A stretch of 26,287 nt of DNA. It comes from an uncultured Ardenticatenaceae bacterium. Lineage in GTDB: Bacteria; Chloroflexota; Anaerolineae; Promineifilales; Promineifilaceae. The notes under the pieces are model-generated. The model saw only the letters and a program-made list of their open reading frames with translations. It was not told the origin of the DNA and did not search any database. Shown here piece by piece: positions 1 through 7,277 of the stretch. The translations under genes were made by a program, and so were the position numbers. Within the stretch, counting starts at the first letter, position 1. Every line of letters starts with the position of its first letter. The stretch is taken from NCBI GenBank assembly GCA_964507675.1, contig CAZDSN010000002.1, positions 1 through 26,287 of the forward strand, read 5' to 3'.

Positions 1-1
1 G

Positions 2-505
2 GCGGTGCTCAAGGAGGCAGCCGTGGATGATGACCCGCACGTGCGGCGCGCAGCCGTCTTTGGCCTGGCGCTGGTGGAAGAACCCTGGGCTTATGTCCTG
101 CTGCAGCGATTACAGAAGGATGATCAATGGCTGGTGCAATCAGTAGCCAGTATAGCCGTCGAACTCCGTCAGGGGAAAGGGGGGGCGGCGCGCTGGTGGC
201 AGCCCGTGCTGCCCGGCGACCAATCCTGGTTGATCCAATGGGCCGCAGCGCAGGGACGGGGCGTGCCTGGGGGTGCGGCCGGTTTGCCTGTTTTGCTGCA
301 GGCCATGCAGCCATCACAGTCACAGGGGGTACGCCTGGCCGCCATCACCTGCGCGGCCCAAATGGTGGCGTTGGACGCTGTTCCGGCGTTGCAAGCTGTT
401 TTAGAGGACCCACTGCCGCCTGTGCGTGAAGCAGCTTTTCAGGCGTTGTGCCAGTTGAGCCGGGCGCATGGCCGTTGGGTAGGCACACTCCATCCGCCGG
501 CATAG
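2..505 (+). CDS. HEAT/PBS-lyase-like repeat protein, C-terminal part (5' end lies outside the window)
   Basis: Frame is open from the window edge. Repeated HEAT-type motifs VRRAAVFGLA, VRLAAITCAAQM, VREAAFQALCQL. Confidence 0.75.
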   Translation, partial: AVLKEAAVDDDPHVRRAAVFGLALVEEPWAYVLLQRLQKDDQWLVQSVASIAVELRQGKGGAARWWQPVLPGDQSWLIQWAAAQGRGVPGGAAGLPVLLQAMQPSQSQGVRLAAITCAAQMVALDAVPALQAVLEDPLPPVREAAFQALCQLSRAHGRWVGTLHPPA

Positions 506-509
506 AGAG

Positions 510-1034
510 ATGAAACCGTTAATTGGCGTTGAATTGAAGCGATTCCTCAAGGCGTACCGGCGGGCGCATCCTGCCACCAGACAGGTGGCTGCGTTGCTGC
601 AAAGCGTGGCCTACCCGGCCAATGTTGGTTCCATCTTTCGCCTGGCGGAAGCGGCAGACATGCAGCAGCTTGTCTTAACTGGTATCACCCCACTGCCCAC
701 GAATGCTACGGTAGCGAAGGTGGCCCGTTTTAAGATGGATCGGGTGCCCTGGCGTTACTGTGACGATCCGGTGGCTGCCGTGCAGCAGATGCAGCAGGAT
801 GGGTATCGCGTGTTGGCCCTGGAGTTGACTGATCAGGCAGTTCCCTATCATGCCTACGCCTACCCGCAGCGGACCTGTCTGGTGGTGGGACACGAGGATC
901 ATGGCGTTACCAAAGCTACCCTGGCGGCCTGTGATGGGGCAGTTTTTTTGCCAATGTATGGCAAAGGGCTTTCGCTTAACGTGCATATGGCGCTCAGTAT
1001 TGTGGTCTACCACATTATGCACACGGCGGAGTAG
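510..1034 (+). CDS. SpoU/TrmH-family (SPOUT) RNA 2'-O-methyltransferase
   Basis: SPOUT motifs YPANVGSIFR, LVVGHEDHG and LPMYGKGLSLNVHMA. Confidence 0.9.
   Translation: MKPLIGVELKRFLKAYRRAHPATRQVAALLQSVAYPANVGSIFRLAEAADMQQLVLTGITPLPTNATVAKVARFKMDRVPWRYCDDPVAAVQQMQQDGYRVLALELTDQAVPYHAYAYPQRTCLVVGHEDHGVTKATLAACDGAVFLPMYGKGLSLNVHMALSIVVYHIMHTAE
1015..1023 (+). promoter_or_regulatory. DnaA box (TTATGCACA) inside the 3' end of the SpoU gene
   Basis: Matches consensus TT(A/T)TNCACA; lies about 300 bp upstream of dnaN. Confidence 0.4.
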
Positions 1035-1196
1035 AGCCAGTTCGTGAGGTTTTGGGGCTGGTTAGCCAACGTCATTGCCGGCATGACATGGTGGAGAAAT
1101 GTCCCCGACTTTTTCATGTTGCCGGCACTGGCACCAACTGGAGCAGGCTGCGGCGATCCTATTAGCCATTTATGTCTCCTTTTTCCTACTTGTGAC

Positions 1197-1225
1197 TTGC
1201 CATCTGCGGGGAGATTTTGTATACT
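1197..1225 (+). promoter_or_regulatory. sigma70-type promoter of dnaN
   Basis: TTGCCA (1197-1202), 17-bp spacer, TATACT (1220-1225). Confidence 0.75.
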
Positions 1226-1230
1226 AGCAG

Positions 1231-1239
1231 TTATACACA
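1231..1239 (+). promoter_or_regulatory. DnaA box (TTATACACA) over the predicted dnaN transcription start
   Basis: Exact consensus match beginning 6 nt after the -10 hexamer. Confidence 0.65.
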
Positions 1240-1322
1240 TGCGGGGTATTACAACAAAACTTTTGGGATGATCCGCTGTTGCCCCCCACTTTGAAGAATC
1301 TAACAGATACCGGAGAACAATC

Positions 1323-2456
1323 ATGAAGCTTTCGTGCTTGCAAGAAAATCTGGCAAAGGGTTTGAGTACGGTGGCGCGGGCTGTGAGCACCCGATCCACC
1401 TTGCCTGTATTGTCGAATGTGTTGTTGGCTACCGACCATGGCCGGCTGAAACTGTCCGCCACCAACCTGGAAATTGTGATCACTTGCTGGATTGGGGCTA
1501 AGGTGGCTGATGGCGGGGCGATCACCGTGCCGGCACGTACCCTGAGCGACCTGGTGAATGCTTTGCCGGCAGAACTGATTGAGTTAACGCTGGAAGAGCA
1601 AACGCAAACGCTGCATCTGGCCTGCGCCCGCACTGAAGCGAACATTAAGGGGATTGATGCCCAGGAGTTCCCGCTGGTTCCTGAACCGCAGGCGGATAAT
1701 CAAATTCGCTTGGATACGGCGATGCTGAAGCAGATGATCAGCCAGGTTTCCTTTGCCGCGGCCACAGACGATACCCGTCCCATCTTAACGGGCGTGGCTA
1801 CTCATTTTGAAGGGAACCGCATCACTATGGCGGCAACGGACAGCTTCCGCCTTTCCACGCGCACGGCGGAGTTCCCCGGATTGCTGGCCGAGCCGGTGGA
1901 CATTATTATTCCGGCGCGGGCGCTCAACGAAGTGGCGCGTGTGGCCTCGGACGATGTGGAAACGATCACCCTGTCTATGCCGGCAGGTCGTAACCAGGTT
2001 ATTTTCAACATGGGAGATGCCGTCGTCGTGTCGCAGCTCATTGACGGCAACTTCCCCGATTTTTCCCGGCTCATTCCCGACAATTATGTGACGCGCACCG
2101 TGATGGGAACAGCGGAGTTTTTGAAGGCGTGCAAAACGGCTAACATTTTTGCCCGTGAGTCCAGCAACACGGCGCGCGTACAAGTGTCGCCGGGGAATGA
2201 GATCATGCCTGGCTACGCCACTATTGCCGCTACCAGCGCCGAAACCGGGGACAACATCGCCCAGGTGGATGCCAGCGTGGATGGGGAAGCCATCGAAATT
2301 GCCTTCAACGTCAAATATATGACGGATGTGCTGAGCGTAATAGATACACCGCAGGTGGCGCTGGAAACGCGCACGGCGCGGGAACCAGGGATACTAAAAC
2401 CGGTGGGGTATGATGGTTTCCGCCACGTGATCATGCCCATGCACTTTGGGCGTTAA
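1323..2456 (+). CDS. dnaN: DNA polymerase III beta sliding clamp
   Basis: 377 aa. STLPVLSNVLL, SATNLE, RPILTGV, ATDSFRLS, IAFNVKY and terminal HVIMPM are typical of DnaN. GGAG upstream of the ATG. Confidence 0.98.
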   Translation: MKLSCLQENLAKGLSTVARAVSTRSTLPVLSNVLLATDHGRLKLSATNLEIVITCWIGAKVADGGAITVPARTLSDLVNALPAELIELTLEEQTQTLHLACARTEANIKGIDAQEFPLVPEPQADNQIRLDTAMLKQMISQVSFAAATDDTRPILTGVATHFEGNRITMAATDSFRLSTRTAEFPGLLAEPVDIIIPARALNEVARVASDDVETITLSMPAGRNQVIFNMGDAVVVSQLIDGNFPDFSRLIPDNYVTRTVMGTAEFLKACKTANIFARESSNTARVQVSPGNEIMPGYATIAATSAETGDNIAQVDASVDGEAIEIAFNVKYMTDVLSVIDTPQVALETRTAREPGILKPVGYDGFRHVIMPMHFGR

Positions 2457-2480
2457 CCGGGCAGGCAGCGAGGAAGACAG

Positions 2481-2966
2481 ATGGCCGATCATCCCTTTAT
2501 GCAGGAGGTTCTTGCCGGCTGGCAGGTCTATCAAGACGATCTGGTGAAGGCGGTCAGGCCACTGACCGGCGAGCAGCTCAACTTGCGCCTGGCGGCTGAC
2601 TTGCGTTCCGCCATGACGCTGGCGGCGCACATCATTGCCGCGCGTGTATGGTGGCTTCGCATAGTGATGCACGAGGGATCAGCAGACGTTGAACCCCTGC
2701 TGAACTGGGATGAGGAGGGGGAACCATCTCGCAGCGCCGCGGAGCTGGTGGATGGCCTGGAGAGAACGTGGGCCATTATTGCTTCCGGGCTACAGCAGTG
2801 GACTGCCGCGGATATGGGGGAGGTGTTCTACCGTCCAGGGAGCGACCAGACCTACTCTTACACGCGCCAGTGGATTATCTGGCACGTGCTGGAGCATGAT
2901 TTACACCACGGCGGCGAACTCTCTTTTCTGTTAGGGGCGCATGGCGTGCCGGCAATTAGTCTATAA
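2481..2966 (+). CDS. DinB/YfiT-superfamily protein
   Basis: HIIAAR plus WHVLEHDLHHGGE His-triad pattern; SD-like GAGGAAG; 24 nt after dnaN. Confidence 0.85.
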   Translation: MADHPFMQEVLAGWQVYQDDLVKAVRPLTGEQLNLRLAADLRSAMTLAAHIIAARVWWLRIVMHEGSADVEPLLNWDEEGEPSRSAAELVDGLERTWAIIASGLQQWTAADMGEVFYRPGSDQTYSYTRQWIIWHVLEHDLHHGGELSFLLGAHGVPAISL

Positions 2967-3002
2967 GGGTGTATAACCTACGCCCCTTGTGTTGCCCTAA
3001 TT

Positions 3003-3054
3003 AAAGAAAAGGCCTCTTCCTCAAAGAAGAGGCCTCTTCTTTAGAGAAGAGGCT
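3003..3054. terminator. Tandem palindromic hairpins, probable bidirectional terminator
   Basis: Lies between convergent genes. Perfect 20-bp palindrome AAAGAAGAGGCCTCTTCTTT at 3023-3042 with degenerate copies on both sides. Confidence 0.6.
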
Positions 3055-3826
3055 GCAGCCAGTTCTCAACATAACTTGCCACCTCTTCCCAGCCCGGTTC
3101 CATAATCAGGGTATGGCTGCGCTTGGGGAATTCTTTGAAATCCGTTCGCGCGCGTGATTGGGCATACTTCTGGTAGTTTTGGCGATTCAGGGCAGCAGGC
3201 ACAGTTTTGTCTATACCACCGGCGGTAAGCAGCAGGGGGGCGCGGGTGTGATTGTGGAAATTGATGGCGAGCTCGTTGTGAAACATAGCGGTAGCCGCTT
3301 GAAAGAAAATGCGGCCGGGCGTGGGGACAACGTAAGTCCGAAAAGCGTTGGCTCGCTCTGTTTCGGGGAAGCCACTGGCGAAGAATTGGGAAAAGTGCGA
3401 CTCAGACGTCGTTAGAATTTTTCGCCATCCTCTCCAGGTAGTGATGACCGGTAAGCTGCCACGGACGGCGGCTGGCGTGGGAAATACGCCTTTAGGTGGG
3501 GCAGAGTTCAGGGCCACGCCGGCCCGGCCCAACCCCCGATCCAACAGCATTTGCGTAAACAGGCCGCCAAATGAATGTCCAATAATGATGGGCGGGTTCT
3601 GGAGTTGGGTGATAATGCCGGCATAATGCGCTACAATGTCGCCCACACCCAATGTTGCCAGCGCCGGCGAAGGCGCCGCCCGTAATTCCGCTATGGGCCG
3701 ATCATCATGAGGCCAATCAGGGGCCAGGCAGTCAAATCCTTTTGCTTGAAAATAACGGCTAAAGTTATCCCAGCAGCGTGATGTCACCCAGGCTCCATGA
3801 ATGAATACGATAGTTTGCTTGTTCAT
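3041..3826 (-). CDS. Alpha/beta hydrolase (esterase / non-heme haloperoxidase-like)
   Basis: Start moved to MNKQTIVFIHGAW. Nucleophile elbow GHSFGG, acid in GGIDKTVP, His in RSHTLIMEPGW. Confidence 0.9.
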   Translation of the reverse strand: MNKQTIVFIHGAWVTSRCWDNFSRYFQAKGFDCLAPDWPHDDRPIAELRAAPSPALATLGVGDIVAHYAGIITQLQNPPIIIGHSFGGLFTQMLLDRGLGRAGVALNSAPPKGVFPTPAAVRGSLPVITTWRGWRKILTTSESHFSQFFASGFPETERANAFRTYVVPTPGRIFFQAATAMFHNELAINFHNHTRAPLLLTAGGIDKTVPAALNRQNYQKYAQSRARTDFKEFPKRSHTLIMEPGWEEVASYVENWLQPLL

Positions 3827-3918
3827 GTTGTTTCTCTCACGTAGATGTGTATGTCTTATCAAATGAATGGGGTGCGGATAAAATTGTTTGGGCCGATGCC
3901 CACTATAATGGAGCAAAC

Positions 3919-4329
3919 ATGATCAGGTCAATAGCAGCCGTTACCCTCCTTGTGCGTGAATATGATGAGGCCATTGCCTTCTTTCGCAATGCTTTGCGCT
4001 TTACGCTGGTCGAAGACAAGCCGCTCGGCGGCAGCACGCGCTGGGTCGTCATGGCTCCGCCAGCGTCAGGCGGTATGTCTTTATTGTTGGCCAGGGCAGC
4101 AACGCCAGAGCAGCAGCATTATATAGGCAATCAGACCGGGGGGCGCGTCTTCCTTTTTCTACATACGAACGACTTCTGGACAGATTACAACCACATGCAA
4201 TCCCAGGGCGTGCGGTTCCTGGAACTGCCGCGCCAGGAGCCTTATGGCATAGTAGTTGTGTTTCTCGACCTCTACGGCAACAAGTGGGATCTCATCCAGC
4301 CCAGTGTAGAAGCCAGTATAACGGTCTAA
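3919..4329 (+). CDS. VOC/glyoxalase-family protein
   Basis: Start moved to the ATG at 3919 after GGAG (3910-3913). IAAVTLLVREYDEAIAFF and EPYGIVVVFLDLYGNKWDLIQ are typical VOC motifs. Confidence 0.9.
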   Translation: MIRSIAAVTLLVREYDEAIAFFRNALRFTLVEDKPLGGSTRWVVMAPPASGGMSLLLARAATPEQQHYIGNQTGGRVFLFLHTNDFWTDYNHMQSQGVRFLELPRQEPYGIVVVFLDLYGNKWDLIQPSVEASITV

Positions 4330-4348
4330 GGGCTAAAGCCTTTGCTAC
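4329..4348 (-). repeat. Single GTAG-type REP-like element
   Basis: Minus strand reads GTAG-CAA-AGGCT-TT-AGCCCT, in a convergent intergenic gap. Confidence 0.4.
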
Positions 4349-4361
4349 GAAAGACAGACCA

Positions 4362-5294
4362 CTAATCCAGATGGCTGAGAACGGTATGGTAAAGCGTTTC
4401 CGCGCGCAGATCGGCCAGGGAGAAGCAGGGAGCGTCCAGTTTTTCCGCCAGCAGGCGGGCTAACCCCTGGTCAAAGGCTTCATGTTCCATGTTAATGACG
4501 ACGGAGCGCACGCTGAACTCTTTGATCAGGTGGGCGATGCGGTGGGCCTCTTCCTGAGGAGGCAGGTCAGACATACTGACGTTGCCGGCGCCATCAGTGA
4601 GCAAAACCATCAGTGGCATCACGTCTGGATGCAGCAGAGATTCCTGGCGAAAGACATTGTAAGCCAGCAGCAGGCCGGCGGAGAGAGGGGTCTTGCCGCC
4701 AACGGCAATGTCGGCCAGTGTCCTTTGGGCCATCTGCACAGAGTTGGTGGGGGGCAGCACCAGCCGGGCGTCATTCTTATGGAACACAATCAGGCCGATG
4801 CGGTCGCGGCGAATATAGGCGTCTTTTAACAAAGACATGATAGCGCCTTTGGTGGCCTCCATGCGTTCCGAAACAGCCATACTCCAACTGGCATCAACCA
4901 CGAACAGAATCAGGTTGGCGGAGCGGCGTACGCGCACCTTTTCGCGCAGGTCGCTTTTTTCCAGGGCCAGAGCCAGATCTGTGCGGTCGCGGCGGCGCTG
5001 GTATGGCGCGGCCGCGCGCAGGGTGGCGTCAAAAGCCAGATCGGTTATTTTTTTGCCTTGTTGGGGGATACGAGCCTGGATGTAGCGGCCCCGTTTGCGC
5101 TTCGTCTTGGTACGGGAACGTTTGCCTGCCGTTTTGCGGGTGAGGCGATCGAGCTGCGTGTCCAGGCGGCGTGCTGTGAATTCAGGGGCAGATGGCATCT
5201 TTTGCCCACCTTCCCACCAGTGGCCTTCTTGCGGCGTTTGTGGCACGGTTTGAGGGGCGGCTTCGATCTGGCCGACGTCTGCCCCTTCGCGCAT
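4362..5294 (-). CDS. ChlD/BchD-like C-terminal linker + vWA domain (probably the frameshifted 3' half of the upstream gene)
   Basis: MIDAS motif VVDASWSM, GGKTPLSAGL, LLTDGAGN. No clear SD before ATG 5294, and the frame stays open upstream to 5345. Confidence 0.9.
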   Translation of the reverse strand: MREGADVGQIEAAPQTVPQTPQEGHWWEGGQKMPSAPEFTARRLDTQLDRLTRKTAGKRSRTKTKRKRGRYIQARIPQQGKKITDLAFDATLRAAAPYQRRRDRTDLALALEKSDLREKVRVRRSANLILFVVDASWSMAVSERMEATKGAIMSLLKDAYIRRDRIGLIVFHKNDARLVLPPTNSVQMAQRTLADIAVGGKTPLSAGLLLAYNVFRQESLLHPDVMPLMVLLTDGAGNVSMSDLPPQEEAHRIAHLIKEFSVRSVVINMEHEAFDQGLARLLAEKLDAPCFSLADLRAETLYHTVLSHLD

Positions 5295-5302
5295 TTCAGA
5301 AT

Positions 5303-6409
5303 CTAGCGCCTGTTTTTTTTTACCGGGCTGGTTTCTTCTTCGGAGTCAACCTGCTCCTGCATATCTCCCTGTCCCCATTCGCTTTGCGCCTGGTCCAGCC
5401 GTTGTTCCAGATCGTAGACGGAAACGGCGGCTTCCTGGAATGGTTGGTTCCGCAGGCGGTGGGGCAGGGCGAGTTCGGCGGCCAGCAGAATGTCGCGGTC
5501 GCTGATGTGGTCGCGCCCTTCAAAGGCGGCGTGTGCCTGCGCGCCGCGCAAAATCACCAGGTCTGCGCGGTGGCCGTCAACTTTCATGGCGGCGGTGAGT
5601 CCGGCAATGCCGGCAAGATCGCGCCGCGAATACCGCACTTTATTTACCAGATCGCGCGCCGTGGCGATTTGTGCCGATAGGCGGCGTTCCGATTCCTGCC
5701 ACTGGCTGCGAAACGTTTCTGGGTCGCTTTCAAAAGCAATTCGCCGCTCCATAATGTCCATGCGCTGGCGCGGGTCAGCCAGACCCGCAATTTGCACGGC
5801 AAAGGCAAACCGATCCAGCAATTGCGGGCGTAAATCCCCCTCTTCGGGGTTCATGGTTCCCACCAGAATGAACTTGGCCGGATGGGTAAAGCTAATGCCT
5901 TCCCGTTCCACCACGTTGACGCCCATGGCGGCGGAGTCCAGCAGCAGATCAACCACGTGATCGTCCAGCAAGTTTACTTCATCCACGTAGAGCAGCCCCC
6001 GGTTAGCGGAAGCCAGGACGCCTGATTCAAAATGCTTTTCCCCCTTCTGAATCGCTTTTTCAATATCCAGCGTGCCCACGACACGGTCTTCGGTAGCGCT
6101 GACCGGTAGATCAACGAAAGGGGTGCGGCGGGTGTTAATGCCCAGCGAGCCGCTGCTGTGGCGGCTGCGGCAGTCATCGCACCAACTGCTGGGCTGTCCA
6201 GGGTCGCAACCAAAGCGGCAGTCAGCCACAACGACAATGTCGGGCAGCAGGGCGGCCAGACCGCGCGCCGCCGTTGATTTGGCCGTGCCGCGTTCGCCAC
6301 GAATAAGGACACCACCGATTTGGGGGTTGACGGCGTTGAGGATGAGGGCGCGTTTCATGCGCTCCTGGTTAACGATGGCCGTAAACGGATAAACAGCGCG
6401 ATAGCTCAT
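5303..6409 (-). CDS. ChlI/BchI-like AAA+ ATPase (Mg/Co chelatase subunit I family)
   Basis: Start moved to MSYRAVYPF (368 aa). Walker A GERGTAKST, LPVSATEDRVVG, Walker B YVDEVNLL, GTMNPEEG and RPQLLDRF. Confidence 0.93.
   Translation of the reverse strand: MSYRAVYPFTAIVNQERMKRALILNAVNPQIGGVLIRGERGTAKSTAARGLAALLPDIVVVADCRFGCDPGQPSSWCDDCRSRHSSGSLGINTRRTPFVDLPVSATEDRVVGTLDIEKAIQKGEKHFESGVLASANRGLLYVDEVNLLDDHVVDLLLDSAAMGVNVVEREGISFTHPAKFILVGTMNPEEGDLRPQLLDRFAFAVQIAGLADPRQRMDIMERRIAFESDPETFRSQWQESERRLSAQIATARDLVNKVRYSRRDLAGIAGLTAAMKVDGHRADLVILRGAQAHAAFEGRDHISDRDILLAAELALPHRLRNQPFQEAAVSVYDLEQRLDQAQSEWGQGDMQEQVDSEEETSPVKKNRR
5313..5321 (-). other. A9 slippery run, candidate -1 frameshift / transcriptional slippage site
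   Basis: GTA AAA AAA AAC AGG CGC TAG in frame 0; the -1 frame reads AAA CAG GCG CTA GAT TCT GAA ATG into the vWA ORF. Confidence 0.7.
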
Positions 6410-6458
6410 AAAGAAACACTCTCCAATGATTTGGCTCCCAACAGGTGGGAGCGATTGG

Positions 6459-6486
6459 ATTATACTGCAAGGAGAGATGAGATCAA
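6459..6486 (-). promoter_or_regulatory. sigma70-type promoter of the chlI/D-like locus
   Basis: Minus strand TTGATC (6486-6481), 16-bp spacer, TATAAT (6464-6459). Confidence 0.6.
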
Positions 6487-6578
6487 GCCGGTTTGGGCAG
6501 TGCCGGCAGAGTTGGGGCAGATGAGTGTACTCGAAGGGGCTGCGAATGGGGTTACCGGGGATAGCGTTCAGGCTCTGC

Positions 6579-7277
6579 TCAGATAAGCCTGGCTTGCAGC
6601 AATTTTCGCTGGCGCGCGTGCGCCAACCAGAGGACGTCGCCCACCCAGACCAGTCCCATGGGCAAAAAGTCAAGGGCAAAGCGGTTGACTTCGCGCCCAT
6701 CGGCAGGGTCAATTTGGGCCAGCCCAAAGCGCATCTGGCCGGCAACCCAGTCAAACGACTCCGATACGGGATCATAGGTCATGCGGTCAGGGAAACCCAG
6801 CCACAGATACCCGTCATGAAAATCTAGTCCGCCGGCAGCCACCGGGGCCGGCAGGGTGCGCTGCACCTGGCCTTTATGGGGATCAACAGCCAGGAGATGG
6901 CCTTGTTGCTGGGCCACGGTCCACAGCAGGTGGCCATCCCAGGCCAACCCTGTCAGCCAGCCGTGGTTGATGGGCAAGTCCATGTCAATGTCGTGGGCCG
7001 CCGGATTGAGGCAGCGCAGCACGCCTTCATTGTAGATGGCCTGCCAGAGTGAGTGGCCGTCCCACGTAGAGCCACTAAGGGTGCCTGGGCATAGGAGTTC
7101 GTCGGTGGGGGTGAGTCTGCCGGCTTCTGTCTGGCTGGCTTCCAGCCCCCCAATATCTAACTGGAAAATGCGCGCCGCCCCATAGTCGGCGTTCCACAAG
7201 TGCACGCCATCCCAGGCTAACCCGGCTGGGGCGCGCCCTGGGGCCGTGAATTCCCGCACAATAATCAAAGTGGTCAT
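6579..7277 (-). CDS. Five-repeat beta-propeller protein (glutaminyl-cyclase/YncE/Vgb-like fold), function unknown
   Basis: Start moved to MTTLIIV, whose ATG overlaps the aroF stop (TAATG). Five GL(A/x)W(D/x)G-x2-LW-like repeats. Confidence 0.75.
   Translation of the reverse strand: MTTLIIVREFTAPGRAPAGLAWDGVHLWNADYGAARIFQLDIGGLEASQTEAGRLTPTDELLCPGTLSGSTWDGHSLWQAIYNEGVLRCLNPAAHDIDMDLPINHGWLTGLAWDGHLLWTVAQQQGHLLAVDPHKGQVQRTLPAPVAAGGLDFHDGYLWLGFPDRMTYDPVSESFDWVAGQMRFGLAQIDPADGREVNRFALDFLPMGLVWVGDVLWLAHARQRKLLQARLI

Noticed and set aside
1015-1322. Calling this region oriC
   Set aside because: Only two consensus DnaA boxes, no clear AT-rich unwinding element, and no dnaA in the window.
1007-1645. 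212-aa minus ORF over the dnaN promoter
   Set aside because: Overlaps dnaN antisense; composition is not protein-like.
2968-2976. Near DnaA box (TTATACACC, minus strand); also TTATACACG near 24778
   Set aside because: One mismatch each, isolated, and explained by a hairpin or coding sequence.
6410-6775. 122-codon N-terminal extension of the chlI-like ORF
   Set aside because: Overlaps the propeller gene and a promoter, and is not homologous to the family; the real start is 6409.
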